The notes beneath the pieces are model-generated. The model made no database searches, had not been told where the DNA came from, and saw only the letters and a program-made list of their open reading frames with translations. A program made the translations under genes and the position numbers. A DNA stretch of 64,000 bases from Psammoneis japonica (taxonomy: Eukaryota), in the NCBI GenBank assembly GCA_008632985.1, contig QPGO01000023.1, forward strand, positions 124,001-188,000, read 5' to 3'. This document shows, in pieces, positions 35,574 to 48,874 of this stretch; positions within the stretch are counted from its first letter, which is position 1, and each line of letters begins with the position of its first letter.

Positions 35574-35884
35574 AGAGTTTGGGAAATACCGCACAACACT
35601 GCAGCTGTCTTCGTACTGTTTACGGTAGGACCGCCTGGGTTTACTTTTATGGATTATTAGGAAGCCTAGTGGTGTGATTGAACTATGATTGGGGATGGAA
35701 CTATTGTCGGGTGGTTGGTTGTAGAAAGAAAGAATATTAATTTAGAATGCATTGGATGCGGGGATTGAGATGGCACGTTTGGAGCTTGCGGATGTTTGCT
35801 TTAGAGGCGCTCCTAACATACTAATGGTTTGTTACCACGAGGAAGGCCAGGTCTGGTTGCCATCTCTCTATTCATGATTCAATT

Positions 35885-37141
35885 TTAAAGGTTGTCAAAG
35901 CTTCTACTATGTTGCATAGAAATACCCCGCCGTATTAGAGGAAGAGTCGTGTCTGCTATAGCGACTGATGCGACCTTGCGAACCTGCGACCCATAGCCTA
36001 CAGTAGAGGTAACTTCATGTTGATGAGCTAGACATTCGGAAGCGAGCAAGGCGCATATACATGTAGAAAACGCACACATCATTGCTTGGATATCATATTC
36101 ATAGTACAGAAAGAAGTCGGGCGATGCAAGGCACAAGCATGCCGCAACATGAACAAAGAGGATGAACCTCTGCGTCGACCAATTGTTGCGTTCAACTACA
36201 ATGTTATGCTCAAAACTATCTATCCCACCTCAACATCATGCGCGTGACCAGCGTTAGTCAAACCCACAGATGCGTACTCTAGGTAATGGGTGCTCCGGGA
36301 AGGAAGCGGCCGTCCCTTCGGTAGATAGTAGCCTCCACATTATTCTCCACCGTCGCAGTGCACAGTGTCAAAGGCTTGACGCTCACGAACCATCCTCTTA
36401 GAAGATAAGTACAGCAAAAGGGAGGGAAGACTACCAGATGAATTGAAGACAGCAAAATGTGCTCGTTCAAACTGGACAGTATTTCTCGTGGTCTATAATG
36501 CGGATATGCTCTAGATTGTTCCAGGAAGGCACCATTGCGCTGGTAACCCTCAGTCATGCCCTACTAATTCCATTTTCCAGTCGGTCTCTTTCTATTTGAT
36601 TTGTACAGTGCAGTATGCTGGCCTCGAGTGCTTGTAAGTTTGCTTTGCCAACAAAACTACCAGAAACATTGGAATAAAGCCGGGCTTGCTCTTGGCAAGC
36701 TCAGTAAGCTGCCACTTGGTGTCCAGTGCCTATTGGTGGTGTTCTATTGAAGACGTGAGAAGATAAATATGAGTATCCAGTATACAGTAAGCACAGGACA
36801 TCGCCGACATTTCTTCTGAACAAAACGCAATGACCAATCGTGTCTCGAGCTAATGCGATTAGCAGAAGTCACCTCTACGTTTCACAGCATTCTCTAAAAC
36901 CAAAAACTGATGCACAATCCATGACAAAGCTCCTCATACACACAAGTCCCGGATCGCGGCAAAGCATTGCTTTTCTGAAATAAACATGACTGATCAACGG
37001 CATCATGGCATCTTTTTCATACCTTAGCAAGTCATCTCGATGGCTTTCTTCTCTAATGCAACGATCAAAATTGATATTCCTTGCAAGATACGCAACAAGG
37101 GCAAAGGATAAAACAAATATCATTCTCTTGATGAAACACAA
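35885..37141 (-). pseudogene. Possible decayed or multi-exon membrane-protein gene
   Basis: Scattered hydrophobic minus-strand ORF pieces with stops; no recognisable family. Confidence 0.2.
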
Positions 37142-37840
37142 CGCAAGTCACAAACTGTGATGTTCGCATTCGCAATTGTTCGGAAAGTAGGGCCCCTACA
37201 GCTCTTGACGATGGTCGGTCGCGATCGCGAACGGGACTTTTGTTTTTGGCAAGAACCCGTTGAAAATGTACGAGAGAGCACGTGGACGTTCGGATGGCAA
37301 AAAGGCATTACTGTAGTCACGGATGGGAAAAGTACATAAATCTGATGAATACGAGTAAAATACTAAATTTTTTGAATCAAGCAATACTTATATGGGCTAC
37401 CGGATATTTTATAATTTATACGTCAGTAACGTCAGCTTCACCTGTCTGTCCGTCAGTCATAAAAAGATGAGTTGACGACCAAGACTTGTCGCAATCGACT
37501 GTCCAATTGCCCTTCCTTTTTTATTCATATTCCTTATCGTTTAAAATATTTAGTCTTATATCATCATTGAACATAGTAAGAAACAAAGGTTGGATAGACA
37601 AACCGTTGAGTTGGTCGCGCGAGACGGCGAAATTTTTGGCTGAACGGTATGTTCGCCGTCGTTCATCACAGCGAAACCACGAATAAAACCACAAACCATC
37701 AGCGGCTTCAAGAACACAACACCTTGTTACTTCCGGGATTGCTCATTCTTTGTTGATTCCTTGTGTATTTGATTAGGCTACTCTTTACTATTCGAGCATA
37801 ACAGCAACAAATATTATTTGAGCAATATCGAGAAACAAAT

Positions 37841-39223
37841 ATGCCACCGAATCAAGCAGACGACGATGCCAAGCTTGCTCGTATGCTTCAAGAGTTGGAG
37901 AATGAAGAAGCGCGGTATGCTTCGCAACGCAACATGTCGCCGGCTGTGATTCCCAGTGCTCCCGTCTATGATTACCCCAATGATACTCCCGTCACATCAC
38001 CGTTGTCTTCCAATGGCTCTATGGAACTGTCTGATGAAGCATATGCTCGTGGAGTGCAAGCACAGCTACAACGTTCTTCTGCTGCACGTGGTAGTAGTAG
38101 TATGCGTGTTGTAAGCAACGATGTTGATTTTGCTCGCAAGGTGGAGCAAGAAATGAGAGATGAACAAGTCGCTCGACGTTTGGAACAAGAAGAACAAGAA
38201 GCGGCCAATGCACAAGCAGCTGCAGCAAGTCAACAACAACAACAACAACGTCGTGGAGGAGGAGCTCCTAGAAACCGTCGCACGTGGACCTTGGGCCGAA
38301 TGTGTATTTTTGTGATTCCCGTGGCAATTGCGGTTGGAACAGCTCTCGTTTTATTCATGGTGTTTTCGGGAAGCACGCCGGATATTCCCTTTTTGGGACC
38401 CAAAGAAGACGATGGCTTTAATGGAATGGAACAAGGTGATATTCATCAGTGGAAACAAAAGGATGGACTCGAATTGACTCTGTTGAATGCTCTTGACGCT
38501 ACGTGGCAAGAACCCTATGAACATGCCTTTGACGATTGGGAGACTGGTGTACCCGATGTCTTGACGCTCAAGAGTAAAAACGTGCCATATGAAAAGGCGT
38601 GTGTTCCCGAAAAGAACGTTATGAAGGTATGCAACGGAGAATACGGAGACACGGGATGGCGCGGTGTCAACTCTCTCACGATTCAAAATGGGTGGATCAC
38701 GAGGAGTGTCGCCAAGCTCAATGATTCATACTTGAAAAAGGCGCCCTATGCCGATCGTGTCTACACGGCTTGTCACGAGATTGGTCATGGATGGGGTTTG
38801 CCTCATACCGATGAGGATTTCAACAATAAGGACTTGGGGAACTGCATGGATTACACCAATACTCCAGAAAACAACATGCAGCCGGACTTGTCCAATTTTT
38901 TGCTCTTGGCAGAGCTGTATGGTACGGCCGATGGTGTCGAATACGAGGGGGGTACGGAGCAACCACCGGATGCCGACAAGCCGGGTGATGATGATCGTCG
39001 AAGATACTTGCGAAGACAACGCGATTTGGGTGATTATGATGCGTGCGGGACACCTCAGGCCATGGCGCGCTACGACGAAATCATGCAAGCCTTTGATCAA
39101 GGAGCTCCACAAGAGTCTGACGATTGCAAACGGGTGAAGAATAGCAAGTTTGGAAGCTTGTGGAAAATTAGTCTTGCTACGGATTGTGATATGGAAGTAA
39201 ATCTCTTGAGAGCGTTGCCGTAA
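37841..39223 (+). CDS. Membrane-anchored metzincin zinc metalloprotease with N-terminal D..(L/A)AR.L repeats
   Basis: CHEIGHGWGLPH (HExxHxxGxxH), Met-turn NCMDY; TM at ~aa 155-175. Confidence 0.85.
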   Translation: MPPNQADDDAKLARMLQELENEEARYASQRNMSPAVIPSAPVYDYPNDTPVTSPLSSNGSMELSDEAYARGVQAQLQRSSAARGSSSMRVVSNDVDFARKVEQEMRDEQVARRLEQEEQEAANAQAAAASQQQQQQRRGGGAPRNRRTWTLGRMCIFVIPVAIAVGTALVLFMVFSGSTPDIPFLGPKEDDGFNGMEQGDIHQWKQKDGLELTLLNALDATWQEPYEHAFDDWETGVPDVLTLKSKNVPYEKACVPEKNVMKVCNGEYGDTGWRGVNSLTIQNGWITRSVAKLNDSYLKKAPYADRVYTACHEIGHGWGLPHTDEDFNNKDLGNCMDYTNTPENNMQPDLSNFLLLAELYGTADGVEYEGGTEQPPDADKPGDDDRRRYLRRQRDLGDYDACGTPQAMARYDEIMQAFDQGAPQESDDCKRVKNSKFGSLWKISLATDCDMEVNLLRALP

Positions 39224-39372
39224 TGCTGCAGCGCACAGCAGCAGCAGCAGCATTTTGTAAACATGTGTCAATGTAAAACAATAGAGAATCATAAAATGAC
39301 TCATTACGTGGTTGGTTAATTCCCTAGCTAGAGCTGACTCCGAAGCATTGCTTTGTGCTGTCGGAACTCTTA

Positions 39373-42271
39373 TCACGGAGCCGCACCATTTTGAAACGAT
39401 GCATAGAATTCAACCATTTCGGGTGTGATTTGGCGTTGCATTTCGTTGGCTGCTCGGAGCAAATGTTTCATTCCAACACGTGGGTGGCTGTCGCGGTTCG
39501 TACTAGTGGACATGGTTTCATCGTCCTCTTCAATGGCAAACAGTGCCGCCTCGCGACAAATGGCAATCATTTCTGCACCGGAAAAGCCGCCAGTCACCTC
39601 ATCACTCGCAAGGAGTGGAATCTATGGACAGAGACGGAACAAGAGGGGAAAATGAGAACGATGAAACATGACCGAATAAGTTCTCGCCAGTAACCATAGG
39701 TTCAACTTACGTCAATGTCATTTTGACAAGCTTTTCCCTTCAAACCAATCTCTAAAATATTTGCCCGGCTCTTGCCATCGGGTACTCCAACATAAATCAT
39801 TCGATCGATACGACCAGGTCGCATCAGAGCGCTGTCGAGAAGATCTGGTCTGTTTGTGGCGCCAACCACAACGACTCGCTTGTTTCTCGCGTTCTTGTCA
39901 TTTGGAACCGAGCTCCCAACACTATTGATTCCATCCAATTCGGTAAGCAACTGAGAAAGTAGCCTTTCACCACCCGAATGACTACCACTTCCTCGTTTGG
40001 AGGCAATTGCGTCAATCTCATCAAAGAAAATAATGCAGGGACTCGCCATTCTTGCTCGACGAAACAGGGATGCCAATGCTCGTTCACTCTCACCCAACCA
40101 CTTGCTGAGTAGTTCGGGACCCTTGACGGCCAAAAAGTTCATTTGGCCTTCTGTAGCAAGTGCCCGGGCCATGAGTGTCTTGGAACAACCAGGTGGTCCG
40201 TACAAAAGGACTCCTCGGGGTGGAGGGATACTCAGTGCCTCGAATAAATGTGCATGCGTCAAGGGCAGTTCAATAGCCTCGCGCAGCTTTTCCTTGACGC
40301 TATCCATCCCACCGATCGACGACCAACGTACTTGAGGGATCTCGACAGTGATGGATTTGATTGTGGATGGCTTGATTGAGCGAATGGAGGACCTCAAATC
40401 TTGAAGATCTAGACAAACGACAGGTGGTGAAGGATTCGTATCGAGCGAGGATGAAACGGAACGAATCATTGCGGTTCGCAACGCTTCCTTGATTGCTAGC
40501 AACAATCGGCACCATTGAAGCCCTTGGCCAGACGGGAAAGGTCCATGATATCGGCTTCTGAAAAACTTGGTAGCTCAACACCTTGACCAAGCTGGTTGAG
40601 TTGAAAACGGATAATGGATGCACGTGTTTTCTCGTCGGGAATCGGGACTTCCACCTCGGCGTCTAAACGCCCGGGTCTCCTCAATGCGGGGTCCAACAGG
40701 GAAGTATTCGTCGTAACACCGAGAATCATGACTGTTGCCTTTTTGTCCTTGGTCGACCCACCGATTCCGTCCAACAGGGCGAGAAGTGTCGCAGAGAGTC
40801 GGTCCAAGCCAGCACTGCTTCCTCCTCTCTTGGGGCAAATGAGGTGAATATCGTCCAGAACAAGCAGAGACGGCTGATTTAGTTTCTCAACAGATCGAAA
40901 TAGTCTTCCTAGACGTTGTTCTGCTTCCCCGACAATAGCTGTATGGGACTGTAGCGATGTGCAATTGACAGAAACAACATGGATACCTCGCTTCTTCATG
41001 TCGTTTGAAATTTGTTGGGCAAGGGCTGACTTTCCAACACCGCTAGGTCCGTGCAGCAACAATCCCCGTGGCGGTCGAAGCGAACCCTTGGCGAATAATT
41101 CGGGTTGAAGAAGGGGTGGGAGGAGAAGGGACTCTACTTCCTCAATCGTAGGATCCAAGCCTGCTACAAGGGGATAATGATCTTCGTCGTCACGGCCCGG
41201 GGATTCCAATCCATTGTCGCTGTCTTGCTCAATGAAAATTTCCGTCTTGTAATCCATTTTGTACAGAGTCAGTCCATTTTCACCACCCTGATTTATTCTA
41301 TCCTTGACAGACTGTAGTATATCATTTAGCATCGAGCTTTCGAGATTTGCTTCTTCGAGACTGAGTTCTGCAAAGTCCTCCTCCAAACTTGAATCGGCTG
41401 CAGTCTCAGCACCAGATTGTATTGATTTCACTTCCCATTCCACCGGAACACCCCGAAAGGAGGATAATATCAAATCACCAACCTGATAGAAGTTTCCAGC
41501 ACCCGACGCGAGAATGAGTCGGCTCAAAATGCGCCTACAAGAGGAAATCGTATCCTGGTCGTCTAGTGACGACGATTCGCTTTCAACGGGAGCTAGACAA
41601 ATGGCCGATGCTTCACGACAAAGCATGGACTGGAGTTTAAAGCCCAAGTCTGAATCCAAAGGAATGACGCAAACCATATTTTTTGAGATAGCAGCGGGTT
41701 TGGATGGAGTAGAAGGTGTTCTCGGAGGTGAAATCAAATCATCGCCTCCGCCGCCCTTGGCAAAGGAAAAGGAAGATTTCGAAGAAGATGTTGAAAGGGG
41801 AGTTTTGGGTGGAGAAACAACACTCGATGGTGTCTGCACCGATGATTTCGTGACGGTATCCTCGCCAGTACCAAGCAATCGGTATGCCAAGGAGATGGGT
41901 TCAACACGGCAACTCCCTACTCGCAAATTTTTGTTGCCTTCCCGTTTTGAGGGAGTTCCGCCAATTGATGTGGGCGGGATAATGCGAGCGTTGCACAATG
42001 CAGCCATCTTGTCGGAACCATCTTTTCTTTTATTCGGAGAAATCAGCAATACCTGGTCGCCATTGCTTACATCAAGTTGCTTCGCATCGTTTTCGGTCAA
42101 AAATACCGTCTGCCCTTGCGTGATGCTATGGGGAGCCCGAGTCTTTGCGTTAGCTGGTGGCCGCAAAAGTCTTAGTTCCAATGCATCCTTTACAGGTACC
42201 TCGGTGCTGTGGGATGAGATAGGTGTGTTTTGTGTATTTCTTGGTGACTGGCCCTTTTTCTTTCGACCCAT
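39373..42271 (-). CDS. AFG2: Double-ring AAA+ ATPase, AFG2/SPATA5 (CDC48-related) family; intron 39622-39710, frameshift near 40503
   Basis: Two AAA modules: GPSGVGKS...LDPALRRPGRLD and GPPGCSKT..VKGPELLSKW.GESER..FFDEID..RPGRIDR. GPPGCSKT is typical of AFG2/SPATA5. Confidence 0.8.
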
Positions 42272-42709
42272 TTTATGCTCGTGTGTCGTGTGAGTGTGTC
42301 GAAAAACAGAAATTCAGCTTTTTCTTGATCATGCCTTATAACGTCAGAAAAAATTCAGATAAGTGTTCTCCAGTCAATCGATTCGTTCTGTCCTTCATCT
42401 CGCTAGATGTACTGTGATAATCAACGAGGCACTTCGCCTCGGTTAATAATGTTCTTGCTTGTCTGCCATGTATTACCGGTGTATCGAGAGGAAATGCGAT
42501 CGATGATTTGCGATCGCGAGGGTTGCGGTTTGCGGTGTCCTGACGATGTCAGATCGGCGCGTGTACTTCAAATTTGATTTCAAAACCGTTCTTCATGAAT
42601 GTATTTTTTCATGTTTCATCGTCACAGAAAAAGATCGTGAGAAACCCGTGACGTCAAAAGAGTTGACCCAACGGCAACGCAGAACTCAGCAACACTATAT
42701 AACCACCCA

Positions 42710-44504
42710 ATGACAATGACATCGTTTTGGACGGCTCTTCTTCTCCTGAGCTTTCTTCCAGCTACCGAAGCGCTTTCCCCTGACATTGTTTGGGGGCTGA
42801 ATGTTAGCCAGTACGGTTCTTTGCTCGGAGGAAATGGTTTTGTAGAGTCGAACGGTCGAGTCTTTGTGACCTTGAGCGAATGCACACTGCTCGTTCTGGA
42901 CAGTACAGACGGAAGCGTTGAAGGACAGTATGATATGTTTACCAACAATACGCAATCCACTTTTTGCGACACTGCTCCAATTCGTACAGCATCCAACGAG
43001 ACAATTGTGTTTTACTCTCGAGCAGGTCACGTGGCGGCGGTAAAGAACGATGATTTCAGTGAGTTGTTTTTAGTTCAACTAGATGGAGAGATTGCTGGTA
43101 TTGATAATGCGAGACCTCGCTCTATGAATCATGTCGTCGTGGCGCACAATGTGTAAGTACAGCACATACTTGTGAAATGAAGATAGAGGTCCAGATTTAT
43201 TTCTTATGCTTCATGGTGTCTTTTCTGTTCACACAGGGCGAATCAAACTGGAGGAGGAACAGAGGGACGTATTTCGTACCTGAATGCAGAGGATGGCACC
43301 GTTGATGCGGATTTATCGGCGGTGGTGACGGGTGAAAGGATTGGACCTCTCTCCAATTTTAATGGACGTGAGGGGACGGAACTTTTCGAGGAGCGCTACT
43401 TTTATGGAATAACTTCGGGCAATCTGTACTACTTTCAAGGAACGAGGAATGGCCCACCAATCATTACTAATCTGGGACAGCTTGGAAGACCCGGAATGTA
43501 AGAGGAAAATGTTTCAGTGTTTCTGATGAAGACCGTCTTGGCTGATTCTCAAAGTTTTCTCCTATATTATGTTGTCGATGAATCAAAATCCAGTCCTGGC
43601 GGCCCGCCGGTCTTGTCGCCATTTCCAACAATTGATTCGGCGCGTCTTTACGTCCAAACCCCCGAGCCACAGCTTGAAAGTGACCCGTTTGCAACCATTT
43701 TCTACTGGAACTATTCATTCGGTTCTAGTCCCATTATTGGGAAAGAGAGAGCTAGTGTAGCTGTCGACGAACGCATGGATGGTGGATTGCTTTATTATGA
43801 ATCAACTAACGGCACTGTTGGCGTCTGCTATGCCTATGGGTCGAGCACATTTACCTGTACCAACTCGGAACTTGTTAGCTTGTGGGCCCGCGATGATCTC
43901 TCAAAATTCGGAGCCGCCTCGGGTGTGAGTATGGTACCCCTGAGTAGCCTTAGTTTCAATGTTGGATCACGCTACTCTTGAGACTATGTTGCTCACGATT
44001 CTTTCAATTTTTATTCAGGGTGGCCCCAATCTTTTTTCGTCCAATCCATCCACCTTTGGCGACGTGGTAATGAGAAACGATCTGAGGGCGGACCAGTCTG
44101 TCTTTGGACTCGACATTGCAACCGGCAATACTCTTTGGACGCTCAACTGTAGCAATTACGGTGACTTTGATGCACTTGCAAGCGCTTGTGGTCCAGTCAC
44201 TGCCTCTGGGCGATTCATGGCGTTGGATCAGTCTGGAGACAATTTCTTTTTTACTCCTCTCGACAATTGGATTCTAAAGGCAGACATTCCTACCCCTCCG
44301 CCGCCCACTCCTCCGCCGACACAAGCGCCGACCGTGTCCTTCATGCCGAGCGTAGTCCCACCTGCCACAAGTGCGCCTTCCGCAAATCCAACTCCAGTGC
44401 CAACCGATTCCCCTCCCACTGATAACACTAGCGGTGGTAGCTCGGCCATGTCTGTTGCGATGAATGCAATTGCCATGTTGGTGTCAATGCATCTCGTTCT
44501 TTAA
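42710..44504 (+). CDS. Secreted beta-propeller-like (PQQ-like) protein with Pro/Thr stalk and GPI-like tail; introns ~43153-43236 and ~43925-44018; in-frame TAA at 43499
   Basis: Signal peptide, LDSTDGSV/LNAEDGTV/LDIATGNTLW repeats, PTQAPT stalk, hydrophobic C-terminus. Confidence 0.6.
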
Positions 44505-45099
44505 AAAACAAATGCCTCAACTTGGACTTTTATACATTTAAATTGAAACCCAGTCCATATCACGAGTTCACTACTCTTTTGATCCTGTACCCACATTTTT
44601 ATCGTCCTCGCTTAGCTCTACCCGTCAAATGGCCAATGTGGTGGTAACGATCGACTAGTAGCCGTACTGGTGAGCAAAGTTCCGCATGTACTTTGAGTCA
44701 CGGCAAAAATAGGATGTTGAAACGCAAAAACTCAAATAGCACTTTCTAGATAGTGGAGAGTCATTGCTCATTGGCAGTGTAGCCGCGATGTCGTCCTCGC
44801 TTCACTCCTCCCCGCCAAACTCAAATTTCGAAATTGAAATTTGATGAACCAAAAAAGCATGGACTCCCTTTTCCAATAGATAATCTCGAAATATATTTAA
44901 TATTCTAAAGATTGTATAAAAAGGAATGTTCACTTATTTAACGACCTATTGCCCCGAATTCAAACGCCGAATGCCGCACGACACAACGAAACTTTTTTGG
45001 TGCCGCTTTTACGTCGGCAATGACATTCGTCGGCAGCTTTCGGCTTCCTCCATACACCACCTCCATTGCTTTAAATAAGCTACCATTGCTCGTAGCAAC

Positions 45100-46760
45100 A
45101 TGTCTCACTGGATGACGTCGGGAGCGGCACGCCTCAAGGCGAGGCAAAAGAGAGAGTTTGGCAAAAGGTCGCAAGTGACACCGGCACCCCGGACAACTCG
45201 AGCTCGTTCCACCGCCGCTCGTCGTGGACGTGCTTCGAAAATAACGTCGGCGGCACAATTTCTACCGAATGGACATCGTCGTATCAAAGGTAAGGCCAAG
45301 CGTGGTTGCTTCTGTCGTGTTGCGTTGCCAATGATCGAAATACGTTGTCCAAAGCTGCGTAGTCATTCTACGTGTTTCACTACAACGAGAAACGAATTGT
45401 GAATCTCAATCCGTCTTCCCCATTCATCCTTTGCTCACGAATTTTTGTTTTTCCTTCATTTGGCCTTGCCGAACTTGCAGAAAGTGGTTGGGTGACTATA
45501 CCAAGGCACAGAGTACCCCCGGCACCTCCACCAGTCGATTCCGTTGCGGTGTCTCATACAGTCGATGAATGGGAATCCGTGTTATCCATGGAGTCTTCTC
45601 CAAGACAAGAGTTTCAATACGAGAGGGGGCAAGACTCCTCAAATACTTTTGTAAATGATCGCGGAATCGTGCAGCAGCCAAATGCCCGCGCTCCCGCGGT
45701 AACGTCGAAACGACCCTTCTATCCGTTCAATCGAGAGCTGATGTACCGCCAACCACATAAAAACCCATCATATACTCACACTGACACCGATACTTCAAGA
45801 CAAGGTTACTCACAGTATAGCCACCAAACGGTCGCAAAAGTGCGTTCGAGCGGAGCTGGGGACCAATTTGATGAAGCGCCTTTTGAACAAGGGCGGCAAG
45901 CCTATCCACGACGAGGCGGCCTGAACTTGCCCAAACGGACAAACAGGAAGGGTTTGCCAACAAATCTAATGGACAGGCCACCGGGGTTTTTGGACGATGT
46001 GGCTCCCAAATCACTCGACGAAGTGTACGAATCCAATATACAAACACAAGGAAACATGTCCTTTTCGAGTGATCCTTTTGACGCCGCAACCGCCTTGCAA
46101 AGGAAACGAAAGAGCAGCGACGCTTTCCTCGAAGCTGAGAGCCACCTTTCTGAACCAATAGCTCCCTCTGCTCACCCTGCAAGAGGAACACGCGGAATTT
46201 CAAGATTTAGCCGGAGGAACCGTGAAAGTATTACAGACATGCCGGTAGCAGCTGATTCGTCAAAGCCCTTGTTCATGAAAAGCAACGATGAATTCTTTGA
46301 ACCGGATGAGAGTGCAATCGAGTCGTCGCAATTCGATGGACGCCAATTTTTAGCCACTCGGCAAATGGAGCGCACGGCACCCAAGCGACACCATTTGCAG
46401 ATGCCCCATCGTACGATTCGATATTTCAACAATGGCGAGGAGGTGGATGCTGACGGGGTACCTCTAGTCATTTCCGTCAAGCGCAACCAACAAGAGCCGG
46501 ATACTTCTCAGAATTTCAAAACAAACATCACTTCAGATGTCGACGATTTTCCGGCACACGACAATTCAAACCCAAGCCTAAATGAGAGCTACGTTGACGA
46601 TAGACCGCAGCGTGGAATTTTCCAGCGGAGACATACCGAAGCCGATCATGACCGAATTAGCAACTCTACAAGAACCAACCCTACGGGGACGGATGCGATG
46701 GCTATGAGACGGCGGGAGGGTCCACTTTCAGGGTTCATTGATGAAATTTTCGGACTGTAA
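45100..46760 (+). CDS. Hypothetical low-complexity protein; intron ~45290-45480
   Basis: ATG at 45100, GTAAGG donor and TTGCAG acceptor join into the 462-aa ORF frame. Confidence 0.6.
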
Positions 46761-47072
46761 AGCATCGTGGAGTGCGGCTTGGGGAACACCTACTAGTATT
46801 GCAGGCAACAGGTTTATACCTCATCCAATGATATCCTTGGACCGCGCAGCACCGGTTTGGGGGCATCTCTTCATTCAACTCCATACGTAGCCATCTCATT
46901 AGCATCGTGGAGTGCGGCTTGGAGAGCACCTACTAGAGTATTGCAGGCAACATGATTATTATACCTCATCCAATGATATCCTTGGACCGCGCAGCACCGG
47001 CTTGGGGGCAGCTTCTTAATCCTGGTCAGCAGGATTATCTCTTCATTACGCTCCATATGTAGCCATCTCATT
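46761..47072 (+). repeat. ~140-bp tandem duplication between convergent gene 3' ends; second copy has a short insertion
   Basis: agcatcgtggagtgcggcttgg... at 46761 and 46901. Confidence 0.85.
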
Positions 47073-47088
47073 TTGTAAATCACACTCG

Positions 47089-48441
47089 TCATACGTAAGC
47101 TTCCCAACCAAAGCGAGTGAGAGGATGTGTAACTCGATACAGATTTCCGTGAATAGAAACGTATCCAGTAGACCTCTTGCGATAGTCTTCAATGAGCTCG
47201 GACAAAGGCGGCAGTGGTGTAGATACAATGTCTCTTTCCGCTTGTACGATATTCAAAATAGAACCAAGCAAGCTCGTGACATGACGCCCAATACCCAAGC
47301 TTGCCGTCAAGCCTGTTGATCGAATTCCCGTGGCCGCAATCCAACGCTTGTCGGCGTTGAGGTGAATTTGATAGTCGCGACGGGTGGTGCCAGGCCGAAT
47401 TCCAACATAGTCTCCCACGTAATCATTCTCGGCATCAAGTTCTGGTACGATACGTTGAATGTGTGATGTGAGTTGTTCTGCCACAGCTGGATCAATTGTG
47501 CGGTCCGTCTTGGATGCTTGATCCAAGGCGGTCGGACCGACGACCAATTGATTGTACAAGGTGGAAAACACAAAGATCCCCTTGGTTTGTTGCGTGGGGA
47601 CGGGCTGAATGGGACATGTAATTTGTGTCTTTGTGTTGGATGAAAAGATTCGGTATTGTCCACGTCTTGGCTTGGCAGACCACGACGGTGTTGGTGCGTC
47701 TTGTGTGTGTTGTTGTAGAACATCGGAATACACGCCTGTTGCATTGACAACCACTTTTGCCTTGATGGATAAAGGAGCTGCAGATTGATCATCGTCACGC
47801 GTACGACGTATTGTCCATATCTTTGTCTCGGCATCAAAGAAAGACTGTTGTGGATCAAAGGTAAACCTTGTGTATATTGTGGCTCCGTTTTCTCGCGCAT
47901 GAAGGGCAAATACAATTGAAAACAGCCAAGGATCCAATACAATCTCCCCAGGAATGTGTACAGCCCCACAACAAGAGTTAGAAAGACTGGATTCTCGCTC
48001 TTGCACTTGTTCCGAAGTTAAAAGAGTAGCATGAGCATCCCCGGCATTCCAAGATTCGTCCAAGACGTGCGATAGATGAGTTGTTCCTTGTTCTTTTTGT
48101 TGTTCCTCTTGAGCTTGATCCCACGGCCACTGACACACTAGAGACCCACAGGGTCGGTACGGAATGTTGAATTCTTGACAAAAGAGTCTAATTTGAGAAA
48201 TAGAATCCCGAATCAAGGCTCGTTCTAATGTTCCAGGAGATGCATCGACACCGGTACAAGCAATACCACTGTTGGAACCGCTGGCACACGAAAGCAAATC
48301 ATCTTGGGCTTCCACTAGTGCGCATGACCAACCCGCCAGAGTTGCCCATCTCAAAATGCTCAAACCAACCACACCTCCACCCACAATGACGATATCAAAA
48401 GACGGTGAGGAATCATCATCGTCGTCAGTTTGATTGCTCAT
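47089..48441 (-). CDS. FAD-dependent oxidoreductase (DAO family; GlpA/L-2-hydroxyglutarate oxidase-like)
   Basis: DIVIVGGGVVG, ASGSNSGI, VVNATGVYSD, PRRGQY, GIRSTGLTASLGIG. Confidence 0.85.
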   Translation of the reverse strand: MSNQTDDDDDSSPSFDIVIVGGGVVGLSILRWATLAGWSCALVEAQDDLLSCASGSNSGIACTGVDASPGTLERALIRDSISQIRLFCQEFNIPYRPCGSLVCQWPWDQAQEEQQKEQGTTHLSHVLDESWNAGDAHATLLTSEQVQERESSLSNSCCGAVHIPGEIVLDPWLFSIVFALHARENGATIYTRFTFDPQQSFFDAETKIWTIRRTRDDDQSAAPLSIKAKVVVNATGVYSDVLQQHTQDAPTPSWSAKPRRGQYRIFSSNTKTQITCPIQPVPTQQTKGIFVFSTLYNQLVVGPTALDQASKTDRTIDPAVAEQLTSHIQRIVPELDAENDYVGDYVGIRPGTTRRDYQIHLNADKRWIAATGIRSTGLTASLGIGRHVTSLLGSILNIVQAERDIVSTPLPPLSELIEDYRKRSTGYVSIHGNLYRVTHPLTRFGWEAYV

Positions 48442-48874
48442 TACAGTCGTTGTTGGATATGGACGAGAAATGTTAGCAAAGCCTCCACGCGGTGTGTGAT
48501 GAACAAAAAAGTGAGGGGAAGAAGGACGGTGAGCGCAAAACGTCATTCGCGTGATGTCATGAAATGACCCAAAGTTCTGTTTGCATAAACAATGATGACG
48601 TTTCAAGGTATTGTGGTTTTAACTAAATTAATCTCACTTCTACTCAGAGTATCATGGTATGTTTTCGACGTGACTCGTGCTGTACAGCGAGGAAGAGGGG
48701 GACAGTCCGCGGATGGAGACCGCGCTTCACGTAGAGCGTGGTATGAATCGCCGTAGCGGAGCGCCTCTGAAGCAACCTCTTGTGCTGTCTGTTGCGGTTG
48801 ACGCTCTTGTTGTTATCGACAAGGAGAGTTGAGAATAGCAAACTCTTTATTTTGTGACACATCGTCCTTTTGCT

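Noticed and set aside
41514..42293. 259-aa plus-strand ORF
   Set aside because: Antisense shadow of the AFG2-like gene.
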